DNA from: Candidatus Cloacimonadales bacterium
Lineage (GTDB): Bacteria; Cloacimonadota; Cloacimonadia; Cloacimonadales; JAFGVF01
Direction of reading: 5' to 3'
Assembly (NCBI GenBank): GCA_963662585.1
Contig: OY759729.1
Coordinates: 2,528,001-2,592,000, forward strand
Length of the DNA: 64,000 nucleotides
Every line of letters starts with the position of its first letter. Positions within the stretch are counted from its first letter, which is position 1. Under the pieces are notes generated by a model. The model worked only from the letters and a program-made list of their open reading frames with translations. It was not told the origin of the DNA and did not search any database. Of the stretch, positions 28,400 to 38,535 are shown piece by piece. The position numbers were made by a program, and so were the translations under genes.

Positions 28400-31300
28400 A
28401 TGAAAAAAGTAATATTCATACTAATAGTTTTATTAGGAGGAATTGTTTCTTCCTATAGTGAAACACTAAGTTTTTCTTTAAAAAATAGAGAGATAAATTT
28501 TATAAATGAAAATAATGGGGTAAGAATCACTCAAGCTGATAGCTACTACTCCGGGGATAATAATGAACCTTCTATTCCCATTCTGGCTCACTATTTTGAG
28601 ATTCCTGAATTTACGAAAATAGAATCTGTAGCGATTCAGCCAACTAATTTCAAAGATATTACTTTAAATAAAGCTCTGCTAAAACAACCTGAGCAGGTTA
28701 TCATGAGTCAGGAAACTTATCAAGGGCAAGAAGATCAAGCTTATCTAGGAGAAAATTTCCCACAATCATGGCTATTTAATTATGGCTCAAGCCTGGCAGG
28801 AAGCAAAAATGTAGCTTTTATCGCAGTTTATGCTTGTGGTTATAGTCCTGCAAATAAGAGTCTGCAAGTGCCTAGTGATTTTACTGTTAATATTACTCTT
28901 GCTTCAGCTCCAAAAGTAAAAAAAATGAGAGATTCAAGAATCACAAGGGAAATTCAGCAACAATTAAATCTTGGTTTTGATAGGGAATATGAAGAAGAGA
29001 CATATCTTTTAATTTATCCTCAGATGTTTGAAAATGCCTATCAAGCGCTTGTTAATTTTAGAAGACAAGAAGGACTTGAAGTTATTACTGCAACAAGTGA
29101 AACTATTTATGCAACTTATCCTGGTAGTGATAATGCAGAGAAAATTAGAAATTTCATTATTGAAAAATATGAAGATGCTAGTGTCGATTATGTTACTTTA
29201 GGTGCAGATACAGAGTATATTCCTGAAAGAAGATTATGGGCCTTTGATTGTAATTATGGGATTGAAGATGAGAATAACATTCCTGGTGATATCTATTATG
29301 CTAATCTTAATGGCGATTGGAATGCTAATCAAAATGAACTCTATGGGGAAGATGAGGATGAAGTTGATCTCTTCCCAGAAGTAGTTATTGGAAGATTACC
29401 TGCTATGACTACAAGTGATGTCGATGCTATAACAAATAAATTAATAGCTTATGAAATGGGGGCTTACCCAGATTATTCCCAAGGCTTAGGTCTTTCTCAA
29501 AACTTGTGGGATGATTCTAATAGTGTCTATGTTCAAGAATATATTGAAGAAATGTATTATCCTGACTTCATTAATAATGTTATTTTGAATGAAGATGAGA
29601 ATAATGTTGTTAATGCTCAGCTTAATTTTAATAGAAATCCTAATATAATCCAGCACACAGGTCATTGCTTTTGGAGTGTTATTGCTCTCGGGAGTGGGAC
29701 TATAAACGCTTCGTTCGTGAATGAAATGCAAAATGACTATGCTGGTGTAATGTATTCGATTGGCTGTTGGGCAGCAGCACTAGATTTTGATGCTATTGCT
29801 GAAAAATTACTCAGAGTACCTGAACATGGACTTTCTAGCTTTGTAGGAAATTCTCGTTATGGTTGGGGTGCTCCATCAGCTGATGGATTTGGCTTTTCTG
29901 AATTCTTCCAAAAAGAGTTTTCCAAACTACTATTCCAAGATAAAATTACTAATATTGCGACAGCCAATCAGTTACAGAAGATACCCTTTGTGGCTTATCA
30001 AAATGGTACTTCAGTCTATAAATGGTGTAGTTATCAGTTAAACACTCTCGGGGATAGTTATTACCATCTCTATATCGATGAGCCAAAGGAGCTATTAGTT
30101 GATTATAACTCTAATGGAGATAACTATACTCTCTTTGTCTATAATGAGCAGGGACCTCTAGCAAATGTGGTTGTATCACTTAATGCAAATAGCTTTCTGG
30201 TAACTGATAATAATGGAATAGTAAGCTTTATGGCTGAACCAAGTACTTTAATTACTCTTTATAAAGAAGGATATCAAATTAAAGAGTTGCTGTTAGAAAG
30301 TAGTTATGAAAGCTGTATCAGTGAGTACCAGCTTCCTGAAGTTGTCTCTCCTAATAGTGAAAGAATCATTAGCTTTAAAATCAAAAATGGCTTAGACATT
30401 GACCTTAGCTGGGAATTAAGGGTTAAAGAAGGGGAAACACTTTTAGGTCAAAGCTCTGGAAATCTTACAGCAGATATTATCTCAGATTGGCTTGAAGTTT
30501 CTTTCGACCAACCTCAGGGAAATATCTTAAGCTTAGAGCTCTATTCCAATACAAATAATGAAATTTTAGATACAAAACTTATCAATATAAATTTGGCTAA
30601 ACCAGAGATAGAGTTATCTAACTTTAATGTTAGCCCCTATCCCGTAGAATATGAAGGCTATAACACTTTTTCCTATACCGTTAAGAATACCTCTAATCAC
30701 TCTATTGAGATTTCTAATATAGAGTATTATTCAGATGAATTGCAAATTGGTATTGTATTGCCTATGAGAACAAGCTTAGAAGCAGGTGAAGAAGCTACTT
30801 TTGGCAGTGATTTTATTTTGCAAGAAGATGTTGATATTGCATCGATGAATATTAACTTTACCCTATCTAATGACTATTGGCAAGAGCAAACTAAATTATT
30901 CACTTACTTTTTCTCAGTTGGTCAACAAAGCTTAAGTGAGAACTTTGAAGCTGAACCTACTTGGTTTGAAGAATCTGCTTGGCAAAGAACTGATTTCTAT
31001 GCTTATGGTGGAGATTACTCCCTTACCTGTTCTCCTGAAACTTATGGAGAATATGATTTAGACTTACCGCTACTAAGCTATACTGACGATATAACACTAT
31101 CTTTTATGTATAAATATAAAATGCCAATGTATGGGGAAGATGGAATCTCTATCTATGTTATCACTGATGATATTCAAGAGAGAATTATCTTTTTAGGATC
31201 TGGGGGAGCATTAGATAATCAAGCAAAAGATCCTGATGATTTTATCTTTAGTGATTGGGCCGAATATTCGTTAAATTTAGGTGATTTACTCCTTAATAAA

Positions 31301-31744
31301 CCTGATATTGGTAGCGAATTTACTCTTAGATTCAGTTTTACTTATATTCAAGATTCTAGTGTGATTAACGATTATGCTACTATTCCGGAACTAGGAGTCT
31401 TCTTAGACAATATGCAACTTAGTCATAATGGACAAGTTGTTTCAAACGAAGAAGATATTGAAGCCCTAAATAATCATATTTCTCTCTATCCTAACCCTCT
31501 TAGGAATTCTCCTCTCTCACTTAAGCATAATAATAAAATAGGTGATGAATACGAAATTTATATCTATAATCTTAAAGGACAAAGGATTGCTTCTTACAAA
31601 AGTAGAATAAAAAGTATGGACAGAGATGCTATCCAACTGCCAATCTTCCAAAAAAATAGAGATCAACTTTCTTCAGGGATATATTTCGTGAAATATAAAA
31701 CGGTTGACACTTCTGAACTGAAAAAAATACTTTTCCTAAAATAA
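28400..31744 (+). CDS. C25 (gingipain) family cysteine peptidase with T9SS/FlgD-like C-terminal domain
   Basis: Signal peptide, propeptide, DIYYANL, IGRLP, HTGH, SIGC; C-term LYPNP...IYNLKGQ...SGIYFVK. Confidence 0.88.
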   Translation: MKKVIFILIVLLGGIVSSYSETLSFSLKNREINFINENNGVRITQADSYYSGDNNEPSIPILAHYFEIPEFTKIESVAIQPTNFKDITLNKALLKQPEQVIMSQETYQGQEDQAYLGENFPQSWLFNYGSSLAGSKNVAFIAVYACGYSPANKSLQVPSDFTVNITLASAPKVKKMRDSRITREIQQQLNLGFDREYEEETYLLIYPQMFENAYQALVNFRRQEGLEVITATSETIYATYPGSDNAEKIRNFIIEKYEDASVDYVTLGADTEYIPERRLWAFDCNYGIEDENNIPGDIYYANLNGDWNANQNELYGEDEDEVDLFPEVVIGRLPAMTTSDVDAITNKLIAYEMGAYPDYSQGLGLSQNLWDDSNSVYVQEYIEEMYYPDFINNVILNEDENNVVNAQLNFNRNPNIIQHTGHCFWSVIALGSGTINASFVNEMQNDYAGVMYSIGCWAAALDFDAIAEKLLRVPEHGLSSFVGNSRYGWGAPSADGFGFSEFFQKEFSKLLFQDKITNIATANQLQKIPFVAYQNGTSVYKWCSYQLNTLGDSYYHLYIDEPKELLVDYNSNGDNYTLFVYNEQGPLANVVVSLNANSFLVTDNNGIVSFMAEPSTLITLYKEGYQIKELLLESSYESCISEYQLPEVVSPNSERIISFKIKNGLDIDLSWELRVKEGETLLGQSSGNLTADIISDWLEVSFDQPQGNILSLELYSNTNNEILDTKLININLAKPEIELSNFNVSPYPVEYEGYNTFSYTVKNTSNHSIEISNIEYYSDELQIGIVLPMRTSLEAGEEATFGSDFILQEDVDIASMNINFTLSNDYWQEQTKLFTYFFSVGQQSLSENFEAEPTWFEESAWQRTDFYAYGGDYSLTCSPETYGEYDLDLPLLSYTDDITLSFMYKYKMPMYGEDGISIYVITDDIQERIIFLGSGGALDNQAKDPDDFIFSDWAEYSLNLGDLLLNKPDIGSEFTLRFSFTYIQDSSVINDYATIPELGVFLDNMQLSHNGQVVSNEEDIEALNNHISLYPNPLRNSPLSLKHNNKIGDEYEIYIYNLKGQRIASYKSRIKSMDRDAIQLPIFQKNRDQLSSGIYFVKYKTVDTSELKKILFLK

Positions 31745-31768
31745 AATCAAACATCTTAGGAGTCCAAA

Positions 31769-32971
31769 ATGGATAACACAAAAAAGATACTTGTCATTAA
31801 CTGTGGTAGCTCTTCTTTAAAGTATGAAGTCTATCTTATGCCAAGTAAAGAAAGTATCGGTAAAGGCTTAGTAGAGAGGATTGGAGAGACAGAAGGACAC
31901 ATCTGCCAAGAAAGTGCAACTGGAACCTATGACTTAGTTACCCCAATTAAAGATCATCAAGCTGCTATGGAATTAGTTGCCTATGCTCTTACTGATTCTA
32001 AACTAGGCATTCTTAAAACTATTGATGAAATCGAAGGTGTTGGACATCGTGTAGTGCATGGTGGAGAAGATTATGCAGAATCAGTAATAATTGATGATGA
32101 TGTGATTGCTTGCATTGATAAAAATTCCGAATTAGCTCCTTTACATAATCCTGCTAACTTAACAGGAATAAAAGAAAGTGCAAAACTTCTTCCTGGTGTA
32201 AAGCAAGTTGCAGTTTTCGATACAGCTTTTCATCAAACTTTACCACCTGCTGCTTATCTTTATGGTATTCCTCATGAATTCTATGATAAGTTTAAAATCA
32301 GACGCTACGGATTCCATGGCACTAGTCATCGTTTTGTAGCTCAAAAAGCCCTTGAAATGTGTAAAAGAGATGAAGTTAATACAAATATTATTACCTGTCA
32401 CTTAGGAAATGGAGCTTCTATTACTTCTATTATGAATGGGGAATCCGTGGATACCTCTATGGGCTTTACTCCCCTTGCAGGACTATTAATGGGTACCAGA
32501 AGTGGCGATATTGATCCTTCTATAGTCTTTTTCTTAATGGATAGAGGTTATAGCAGTCAAGATTTGAACGATATTTTGAACAAGAAAAGTGGTCTTTTAG
32601 GCATGACAGGTATTTCTAATGACTTAAGAGATATTGAAGCTGCAGCAGAAGAGGGAAATGCTAGAGCTGTTGAAGCTTTAGACGCTTATGCTTATCGTGT
32701 TCGTAAATGTATTGGTTCATATTCTGCTAATTTGGTAAAAGTAGATATCTTAGTCTTTACCGGTGGAGTTGGCCAATATGGTGTTAAAATGAGAGAAAGA
32801 ATCTGTAAAAGAATGCAGAATATAGGTGTTCATATCGATATTGAGAAAAACAGAAAAGTTGGAGGAAAACCTGGTGTTATCTCTGAACCATACTCTCCTG
32901 TTACTATCGTTGTTATGCCTACTAATGAAGAGCTTCAGATTGCAACTGACGCTTATGGATTAATCTTCTAA
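31769..32971 (+). CDS. ackA: Acetate kinase
   Basis: LVINCGSSSLKY, GHRVVHGG, APLHNP, FDTAFH, YGFHGTSH, TNEEL. Confidence 0.97.
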   Translation: MDNTKKILVINCGSSSLKYEVYLMPSKESIGKGLVERIGETEGHICQESATGTYDLVTPIKDHQAAMELVAYALTDSKLGILKTIDEIEGVGHRVVHGGEDYAESVIIDDDVIACIDKNSELAPLHNPANLTGIKESAKLLPGVKQVAVFDTAFHQTLPPAAYLYGIPHEFYDKFKIRRYGFHGTSHRFVAQKALEMCKRDEVNTNIITCHLGNGASITSIMNGESVDTSMGFTPLAGLLMGTRSGDIDPSIVFFLMDRGYSSQDLNDILNKKSGLLGMTGISNDLRDIEAAAEEGNARAVEALDAYAYRVRKCIGSYSANLVKVDILVFTGGVGQYGVKMRERICKRMQNIGVHIDIEKNRKVGGKPGVISEPYSPVTIVVMPTNEELQIATDAYGLIF

Positions 32972-33002
32972 CCAAGTTATACTACATTAAAATTATAAAA
33001 AT

Positions 33003-33033
33003 AAAAGCCACAGCAATGTGGCTTTTGTTTTTT
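33003..33033 (+). terminator. Intrinsic terminator of ackA
   Basis: AAAAGCCACA-gcaa-TGTGGCTTTT followed by T-rich tract. Confidence 0.8.
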
Positions 33034-33050
33034 AGCTGTTGAATTGCTTC

Positions 33051-33134
33051 TCAGTCGGACGGTGGAGATTCTGTCTGCCCTCTTAAATGGCTGGATTCCT
33101 CTTCAGTCGGACGATGGAGATTCTCTCCGCCCTC
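33051..33134 (+). repeat. Two CGGA-led palindromes (TCAGTCGGACGGTGGAGATTCTCTCCGCC type)
   Basis: Copies at 33051 and ~33099; third at 58865-58897. Confidence 0.8.
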
Positions 33135-33184
33135 TTCAGTTAACTGAAGAGAATTAAGATTAATCCTGAAAGGATAAGTCTTAT

Positions 33185-33458
33185 ATCCCTAACGGGGATT
33201 AATAGGTTAGCCCAGGGTAAAATCCTGACTTGTGAGGGCGAAGCTTAAGCGAAGACTCAAGGGATTGCAACCCTGGGTCGTGATGTATAAAAAAGTGTAA
33301 CCCTGTAAGGGTTCAATAAAAGCATGTATACCAGAGATTTATTATATAAATTTTATTAATCTCTTACGGGTTATTTCCATAATTTTGGATATTGTACCTG
33401 GAGTGACGATCCTTATAGAATCTTACCCCATGATAATCTATTAATCCCTTTCAGGATG
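33185..33458. repeat. Family I three-hairpin element plus degenerate inverted copy
   Basis: 33185-33318 matches 28030-28140; 33354-33458 resembles its reverse complement. Confidence 0.6.
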
Positions 33459-33534
33459 TTTTGATCATTACAATATTAACTAAACTGTTTCTTTATATAT
33501 TCATCTTTCCACAAGACTTGAACTTGAGCCATAA

Positions 33535-33587
33535 TTTTTTCTTAATAGTTAAGTAATTGGCAATTAGAGCTATATTTGAACAGTCTC
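33535..33587 (+). repeat. Second copy of the ~55-bp repeat ending TTGAACAGTCTC
   Basis: Aligns with 8026-8080. Confidence 0.6.
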
Positions 33588-33619
33588 AATAACAATCAAT
33601 TAAAAGTGCTTAATAATTA

Positions 33620-33648
33620 TTGACAGAAGTTGTTTCCATTTATAATAT
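33620..33648 (+). promoter_or_regulatory. Sigma70-type promoter of the redoxin gene
   Basis: TTGACA at 33620; TAATAT 17 nt downstream (TATAAT at 15 nt). Confidence 0.5.
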
Positions 33649-33697
33649 TGAATTATTTTAGTAATAACAGTTTTTTCACAAAGAAAAGGAGGAAATA

Positions 33698-35164
33698 ATG
33701 AAAAAGATTGTGTTATTTATTTTATTAGTATTGTTGGCAGTAGAAGTTAGGGGAGATTTTCAAACAGAATTTGGTAATGAAATCCAAAATAGTGAAGATA
33801 TTAAAGAACAAAAAACAATAATCCAGAAATATCTTAAAATGGCTAGTTCAACTAATGATCATAGGATAATTCAAGGATATTGGCGTAATATTGATAAAAA
33901 TGAATGCAATACTTATTATCGAACTATGTACGAATCAAATACAAGTGATGCAGAAGCAAACTATCTCTGGGCAAGAGTTCAAGATGAAAAAACAATTTCA
34001 AGTGATATGGGCAGAGAAATAATAAAAAATCATCCTGACTATTATTGGAGTTATAGAATTTTAGCATCAGACCTATTAAATCTTACAAGAAGTGAAGATG
34101 CTGAGGTAATGAACTTAGACTATGTTAAAAAAGACATAGAATTATTTGAGCAAGGATTAAAGAAATTTCCTAATGATGGTTTTTATAAATTAGTAAAATT
34201 TAATATTTTACAAGCAAAAGGTAAAACTGCGGAAGCTCTTGAAGTAATCAAGAGTATTAATGACCCCGAAATGGTTGATGCCTTTTGGTGGGATTTAAAT
34301 AAAATTATTATCGCAGAAAAGGATGTTGAAATTTTTGAAAAGTTATATCCGCAAGTTATTAAATTCAACATTGATAATGAACGGATTGAATCAGCTGATA
34401 GTATAAAATTTTATAATAGTGAATTTTTAAATTATATAATAAATACAGAAGATAAAAGTGCTTTGACAAAATACTTGAAAGAAAATCCGAATGCAGAAGA
34501 AAATGTGGGTACTAGATTTGCTTTAATGCAGATTTATTTTACTTTTAACAATTACGAAAAGGCACTTGATGTACTAGAAAAAATGGTCGATTCTGAGCAG
34601 ATAAATTATCTAATGATGAAAAAGGAAGAAGAATTCAAAACAGTCCACGATAATAAAAGATGGAAGAATATAGAAAAAAGAGCTCGAAAGAAGTGGAATA
34701 AAAATAAAGAAAAGCGTAAAATAGAAGCTCTTAAAGCAAGATTAGATAGGGACGCATCAGACTGGGAACTCGAGGATATTAATGGATATAAAGTTAAACT
34801 TAGTGAGCTAAAAGGAAAAATTGTAATTCTTGATTTCTGGGCTACATGGTGTGGACCTTGTAAAATGGTTATGCCTAACTTAGATACCTGGATGAAAAAT
34901 GATATGCCTAAAGATGTTGAAGTTTATTCTATAAATATTTTTGAAGAAGATCCAGAAACAGCAAAAAAATATTTCCAAGAGAATAACTATCAAATGAGAC
35001 TTCTCTTAGGTAATGATGATGTTGCTTCTGCTTACGGAATTAATTCTATACCCTATATCTGTATGATAGATAAAACAGGTAAAATAGCTTATGAACAATT
35101 AGGATTCACCTATGAATTAGAAGAGACTCTAAGTTTTTGGGTAGAGTCGCTATTAAAAGAATAA
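33698..35164 (+). CDS. Exported TlpA/ResA-like thiol-disulfide oxidoreductase with TPR-like N-terminus
   Basis: Signal peptide; LKGKIVILDFWATWCGPCK; YGINSIP. Confidence 0.88.
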   Translation: MKKIVLFILLVLLAVEVRGDFQTEFGNEIQNSEDIKEQKTIIQKYLKMASSTNDHRIIQGYWRNIDKNECNTYYRTMYESNTSDAEANYLWARVQDEKTISSDMGREIIKNHPDYYWSYRILASDLLNLTRSEDAEVMNLDYVKKDIELFEQGLKKFPNDGFYKLVKFNILQAKGKTAEALEVIKSINDPEMVDAFWWDLNKIIIAEKDVEIFEKLYPQVIKFNIDNERIESADSIKFYNSEFLNYIINTEDKSALTKYLKENPNAEENVGTRFALMQIYFTFNNYEKALDVLEKMVDSEQINYLMMKKEEEFKTVHDNKRWKNIEKRARKKWNKNKEKRKIEALKARLDRDASDWELEDINGYKVKLSELKGKIVILDFWATWCGPCKMVMPNLDTWMKNDMPKDVEVYSINIFEEDPETAKKYFQENNYQMRLLLGNDDVASAYGINSIPYICMIDKTGKIAYEQLGFTYELEETLSFWVESLLKE

Positions 35165-35228
35165 TTAGTAATATCTATATAATTATTAGCCCCCATAGTG
35201 CATTCATTATGGGGGTAAAAATACCTAA

Positions 35229-35633
35229 TTACTCACCAAAAATAATTCCCAACTCTCTTATAGCGTTAGCTTCTGAATCAGAGGAGTGCACAGCATTAGC
35301 AGTGATAGAATCAGCATAAAGGTCTCTAATAGTACCTGCTTCTCTTTTAGAAGGGTCAGTATCACCATTTATTTGTCTAAGTCTACTGATAGCATTTTCT
35401 CTCTCAAGCTTGAAGGCAATAGTTATACCTGAAAGCATAAAGGTTTTTAGGTTAGCAAAAAAAGGTTTTCCAATATGCTCATGGTAGAATTCATTAATTA
35501 GATTCTCATCAAAATGAAAATATCTAATGTCTTTAATTATGAAATTATCTTTTTCAATTATGGATATTATTTCGCCAATATTCTTATTCTTTACTGCATT
35601 AGGTTTAATCAAGAGAAGTGTAGTCTGCATCAT
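35229..35633 (-). CDS. ndk: Nucleoside diphosphate kinase
   Basis: TLLLIKPNAV, FYHEH, GTIR, NAVHSSDS; ATG at 35633 after GGGAG. Confidence 0.95.
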   Translation of the reverse strand: MMQTTLLLIKPNAVKNKNIGEIISIIEKDNFIIKDIRYFHFDENLINEFYHEHIGKPFFANLKTFMLSGITIAFKLERENAISRLRQINGDTDPSKREAGTIRDLYADSITANAVHSSDSEANAIRELGIIFGE

Positions 35634-35652
35634 TACGAGCTCCCTATTAGTT

Positions 35653-35683
35653 AAAAAAAAAGAGGGCAACTAAGTACCCTCTT
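35653..35683 (-). terminator. Intrinsic terminator downstream of 35701-36024
   Basis: Minus strand AGAGGG-loop-CCCTCT followed by a T run. Confidence 0.55.
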
Positions 35684-35700
35684 AAAGTTATCTTGGTAGT

Positions 35701-36024
35701 TTAAGACTCTAAGAAGTCTAAGGTTGCTACTTTTATAGAAACATCTCTATTGAGGACTTGAGACATTTTAACTTTATGATCTAAGATATCTTTCCAAACA
35801 TCTAAAACTTCATTTTGTTTAAATTCAGTTCCAGAGTAGTTCTTGAGCATATCTACATAGAAAGTATCTCTATCATTCTCGATAAGAGTGATAATGTACT
35901 TAAATCCACTGCAAGCAAGATCATAATCTTTGAATCTAACATCAATAACGCCGTACCCTAACTTTAACAAACTATCAAAATTAATTTTGAAATTTTGAAT
36001 ATTATTATTAGTATTATCAGTCAT
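35701..36024 (-). CDS. Hypothetical protein, DUF4032-like C-terminus
   Basis: WKDILDHKVKMSQVLNRDVSIKVATLDF resembles the DUF4032 HKW.LSE..GRDVG motif from memory. Confidence 0.5.
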   Translation of the reverse strand: MTDNTNNNIQNFKINFDSLLKLGYGVIDVRFKDYDLACSGFKYIITLIENDRDTFYVDMLKNYSGTEFKQNEVLDVWKDILDHKVKMSQVLNRDVSIKVATLDFLES

Positions 36025-36043
36025 TTGCCCTTCTTCCTCTTAT

Positions 36044-37399
36044 TTATTCTAAGATTAACCAATCTTGATCAATAACATTAAATGATTTTAAATAGTTCTC
36101 TTTAAGTGATTGGTGATTCTCAGCTGTTTGAACTTTATTGATAAGCTTATCGATTTCATTAAGTGATTTAATTCTGTTATCAAGTTTTGCTTTAACTATA
36201 TTAAGTTTCTCCCAATTTTCTACTTTCTGAGAAATTTCAGTTTTAGCTTTAGCAGAAGGATTTTTCATTTTGTCATGTGCTTCAACTGAACTAACTAAAG
36301 AGTTTCTGTTATTAGAAGTTAGACTAGCAATAGTTGCATTAAAGTTTTGATAGAATTCTAAGTAGATGTCAATATCTTGATATTTGAAATTATCTTTAAT
36401 ATAAGTTTCAAAAGAGAGAAATAATTCTCTATTTGCATCTGAGATTAAATCAACATTCAAATCAAATTCATCAGGAGAAATTTGGTTTTTAAACTTGGTA
36501 ATAGCATTGTCTCTTTCTTGGGTAAGAGTAGGAAGATTTTTAATGCTTTCTTCCAAGAAATTTGCACCTAAATCTAAATAGGCAGTTCTAGGACCTACTT
36601 CATAAACTTCATCATCCATATTATAGATGACTTGAGCACCTGCAGTACCAAAGTTTTCAGTTGTTGTAGCAACAATAGTTGAATCGCTCTTTAATTGGTA
36701 GGAGAAATATTTATCTTCAACACTATTTATATCAAGAAGATTAATATTATTGAACTTTTTAATTTGATTATAAGTTAATTGATATTCGTTATTTACAGGT
36801 TTAAGTCCTTTAATAAATGTTATTAATTCAACTACTTCAGTATTGAACTTATCTTCTAAACCAGGAGTAACAAAGTTAATAAGTTTGTTTTGGGCTAAAT
36901 CATAAAATTCAAAGAACTTATCATCTTCTAAGAAAGAACCTAAATTAGGTAATACATCATAATCGAATTTAAGTTGAACTAACTCTAAATCGCTTATGTA
37001 CTTATCAAAATTTGATAGATAAGCAACTTTAACAAGAGGTCTTACATCGTTTCTTAAGAAGTTTAGGTAGTCTTTCTTTTTAGTAAAACTCATGATGTTT
37101 TTAGCAAAATCTTTTTCAAAATTTACATATTTTAAAAAGTCATTAACTTCAATTGAATATTTTAAATTATTATTATTCAATTCATTAACTTCACTTAGTT
37201 TTAGCTCTTCAATGATTCCTGTTTGGTTATAAGCATTCAAGATACTATTTACATTATTTTTCATTTCTCTAATTTTTGGTTGTGCTTTATTAGCTTGAGT
37301 AAATGGCACAATAAAAACAATTAAAATACCAACAATCATTACAATCATTAGGTATTCTACTAAAGAAAATGTATGGTCTTTGATTCCTTTAGCCATCAT
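36044..37399 (-). CDS. Large prepilin-like protein
   Basis: KGIKDHT-FSLVEYLMIVMIVGILIVFIVP: class III signal-like with E5; RBS GGAGG. Confidence 0.65.
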   Translation of the reverse strand: MMAKGIKDHTFSLVEYLMIVMIVGILIVFIVPFTQANKAQPKIREMKNNVNSILNAYNQTGIIEELKLSEVNELNNNNLKYSIEVNDFLKYVNFEKDFAKNIMSFTKKKDYLNFLRNDVRPLVKVAYLSNFDKYISDLELVQLKFDYDVLPNLGSFLEDDKFFEFYDLAQNKLINFVTPGLEDKFNTEVVELITFIKGLKPVNNEYQLTYNQIKKFNNINLLDINSVEDKYFSYQLKSDSTIVATTTENFGTAGAQVIYNMDDEVYEVGPRTAYLDLGANFLEESIKNLPTLTQERDNAITKFKNQISPDEFDLNVDLISDANRELFLSFETYIKDNFKYQDIDIYLEFYQNFNATIASLTSNNRNSLVSSVEAHDKMKNPSAKAKTEISQKVENWEKLNIVKAKLDNRIKSLNEIDKLINKVQTAENHQSLKENYLKSFNVIDQDWLILE

Positions 37400-37683
37400 T
37401 CCTCCATTTAGAATTTCTATTTTAGCAATTTCACTACCTTAGTCCATTTTGTCAAAGGATTTTTTTATTCTTTTTAAAATCTATAGGAATATTCTGTGAT
37501 TATTATTGTTTGGGAAGTGTGTAAATAATAATCTAGTATGATGATATAATAAGAAATAGCAATATTTAATTCCGATAATCCAGTATTATATGAGAAAAAG
37601 TTACTTAACTCAATCAAGGATTAATAGTAAAAATTAAGGGGAATATATTGGATTAAAGTTAATTCTCTTTGATGATATGCTAA

Positions 37684-38532
37684 TTAATCTCCAAGTTCAG
37701 TTGTAATATTTTGCATAAATCCGATAATCGACTCTGCTCCTGTAATATTATCAATTTCTTCTGCAACTAATACACATTTAATAGATATAATCTTTTTATT
37801 GATATCTATAATCTTGAAATGTATTACATCTTGTTTGTTCATCATGACTTTTATTTTCTTAATACTTTCAATTAATTTTGCTTGATCATCCGGGACTACT
37901 ATAGTTAGGAAAGAATCAAAGTCATTAATAGATGTTACTTTATATCCAAAGATGGTCTCTGAGTCTGTATAGATATCAAAGAAAGAGTTCTTTAAATTGA
38001 TAGAAAAATAGAAAGCGTTAAGAGAAGAGCTCAGTGTTATAAGTGTTTTTTTTCTGAGGTGATAAATACTTCTTAAAGTAGCAAGAGAGTTCTTTAAAGA
38101 TTGAATAATATCGTTGTTTTTTTGGTTAATGTTCAATGCATTTTGTTGTTTTATGGTACTTTGGATAATATTGATTAAAGAGTTAGTATTAAAGGGTTTT
38201 TCTAAGATGAAGTCTATTAGATTACCTGTAAGAAACTCTTGGTATTCAGTTAATTTTATATAGGAAGTAGAGAGAACTTTAGTGCTACTTGGGGAGATGG
38301 TATTAATTAGATTAAGGAATTCATAACCTGTCAAATTAGGCATTTGTGAATTACAGATTATTAGGGCAATAGTTTCCTTCTTGATAGTTAATTCTTCAAT
38401 GACATTGAAGGCAGAGGTTGTATTATTAAAGGCTACAATAGTGAATTGATCAGGAAAATATTTAGAAATAATCATCTCTAGAGTATCAGGAAGGAATGGT
38501 TTATTATCAACAATAATTATGAATGCAGGCAT
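37684..38532 (-). CDS. Response regulator-like protein (pseudo-receiver + PAS-like domain)
   Basis: IIIVDN, LIICNSQMP (Asn61 at phosphoacceptor position), STSY, EKPF. Confidence 0.8.
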   Translation of the reverse strand: MPAFIIIVDNKPFLPDTLEMIISKYFPDQFTIVAFNNTTSAFNVIEELTIKKETIALIICNSQMPNLTGYEFLNLINTISPSSTKVLSTSYIKLTEYQEFLTGNLIDFILEKPFNTNSLINIIQSTIKQQNALNINQKNNDIIQSLKNSLATLRSIYHLRKKTLITLSSSLNAFYFSINLKNSFFDIYTDSETIFGYKVTSINDFDSFLTIVVPDDQAKLIESIKKIKVMMNKQDVIHFKIIDINKKIISIKCVLVAEEIDNITGAESIIGFMQNITTELGD

Positions 38533-38535
38533 ATA

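Noticed and set aside
35190..35215. Hairpin between the redoxin gene and ndk as a classical intrinsic terminator
   Set aside because: Strong stem but no U-tract on either strand; role uncertain
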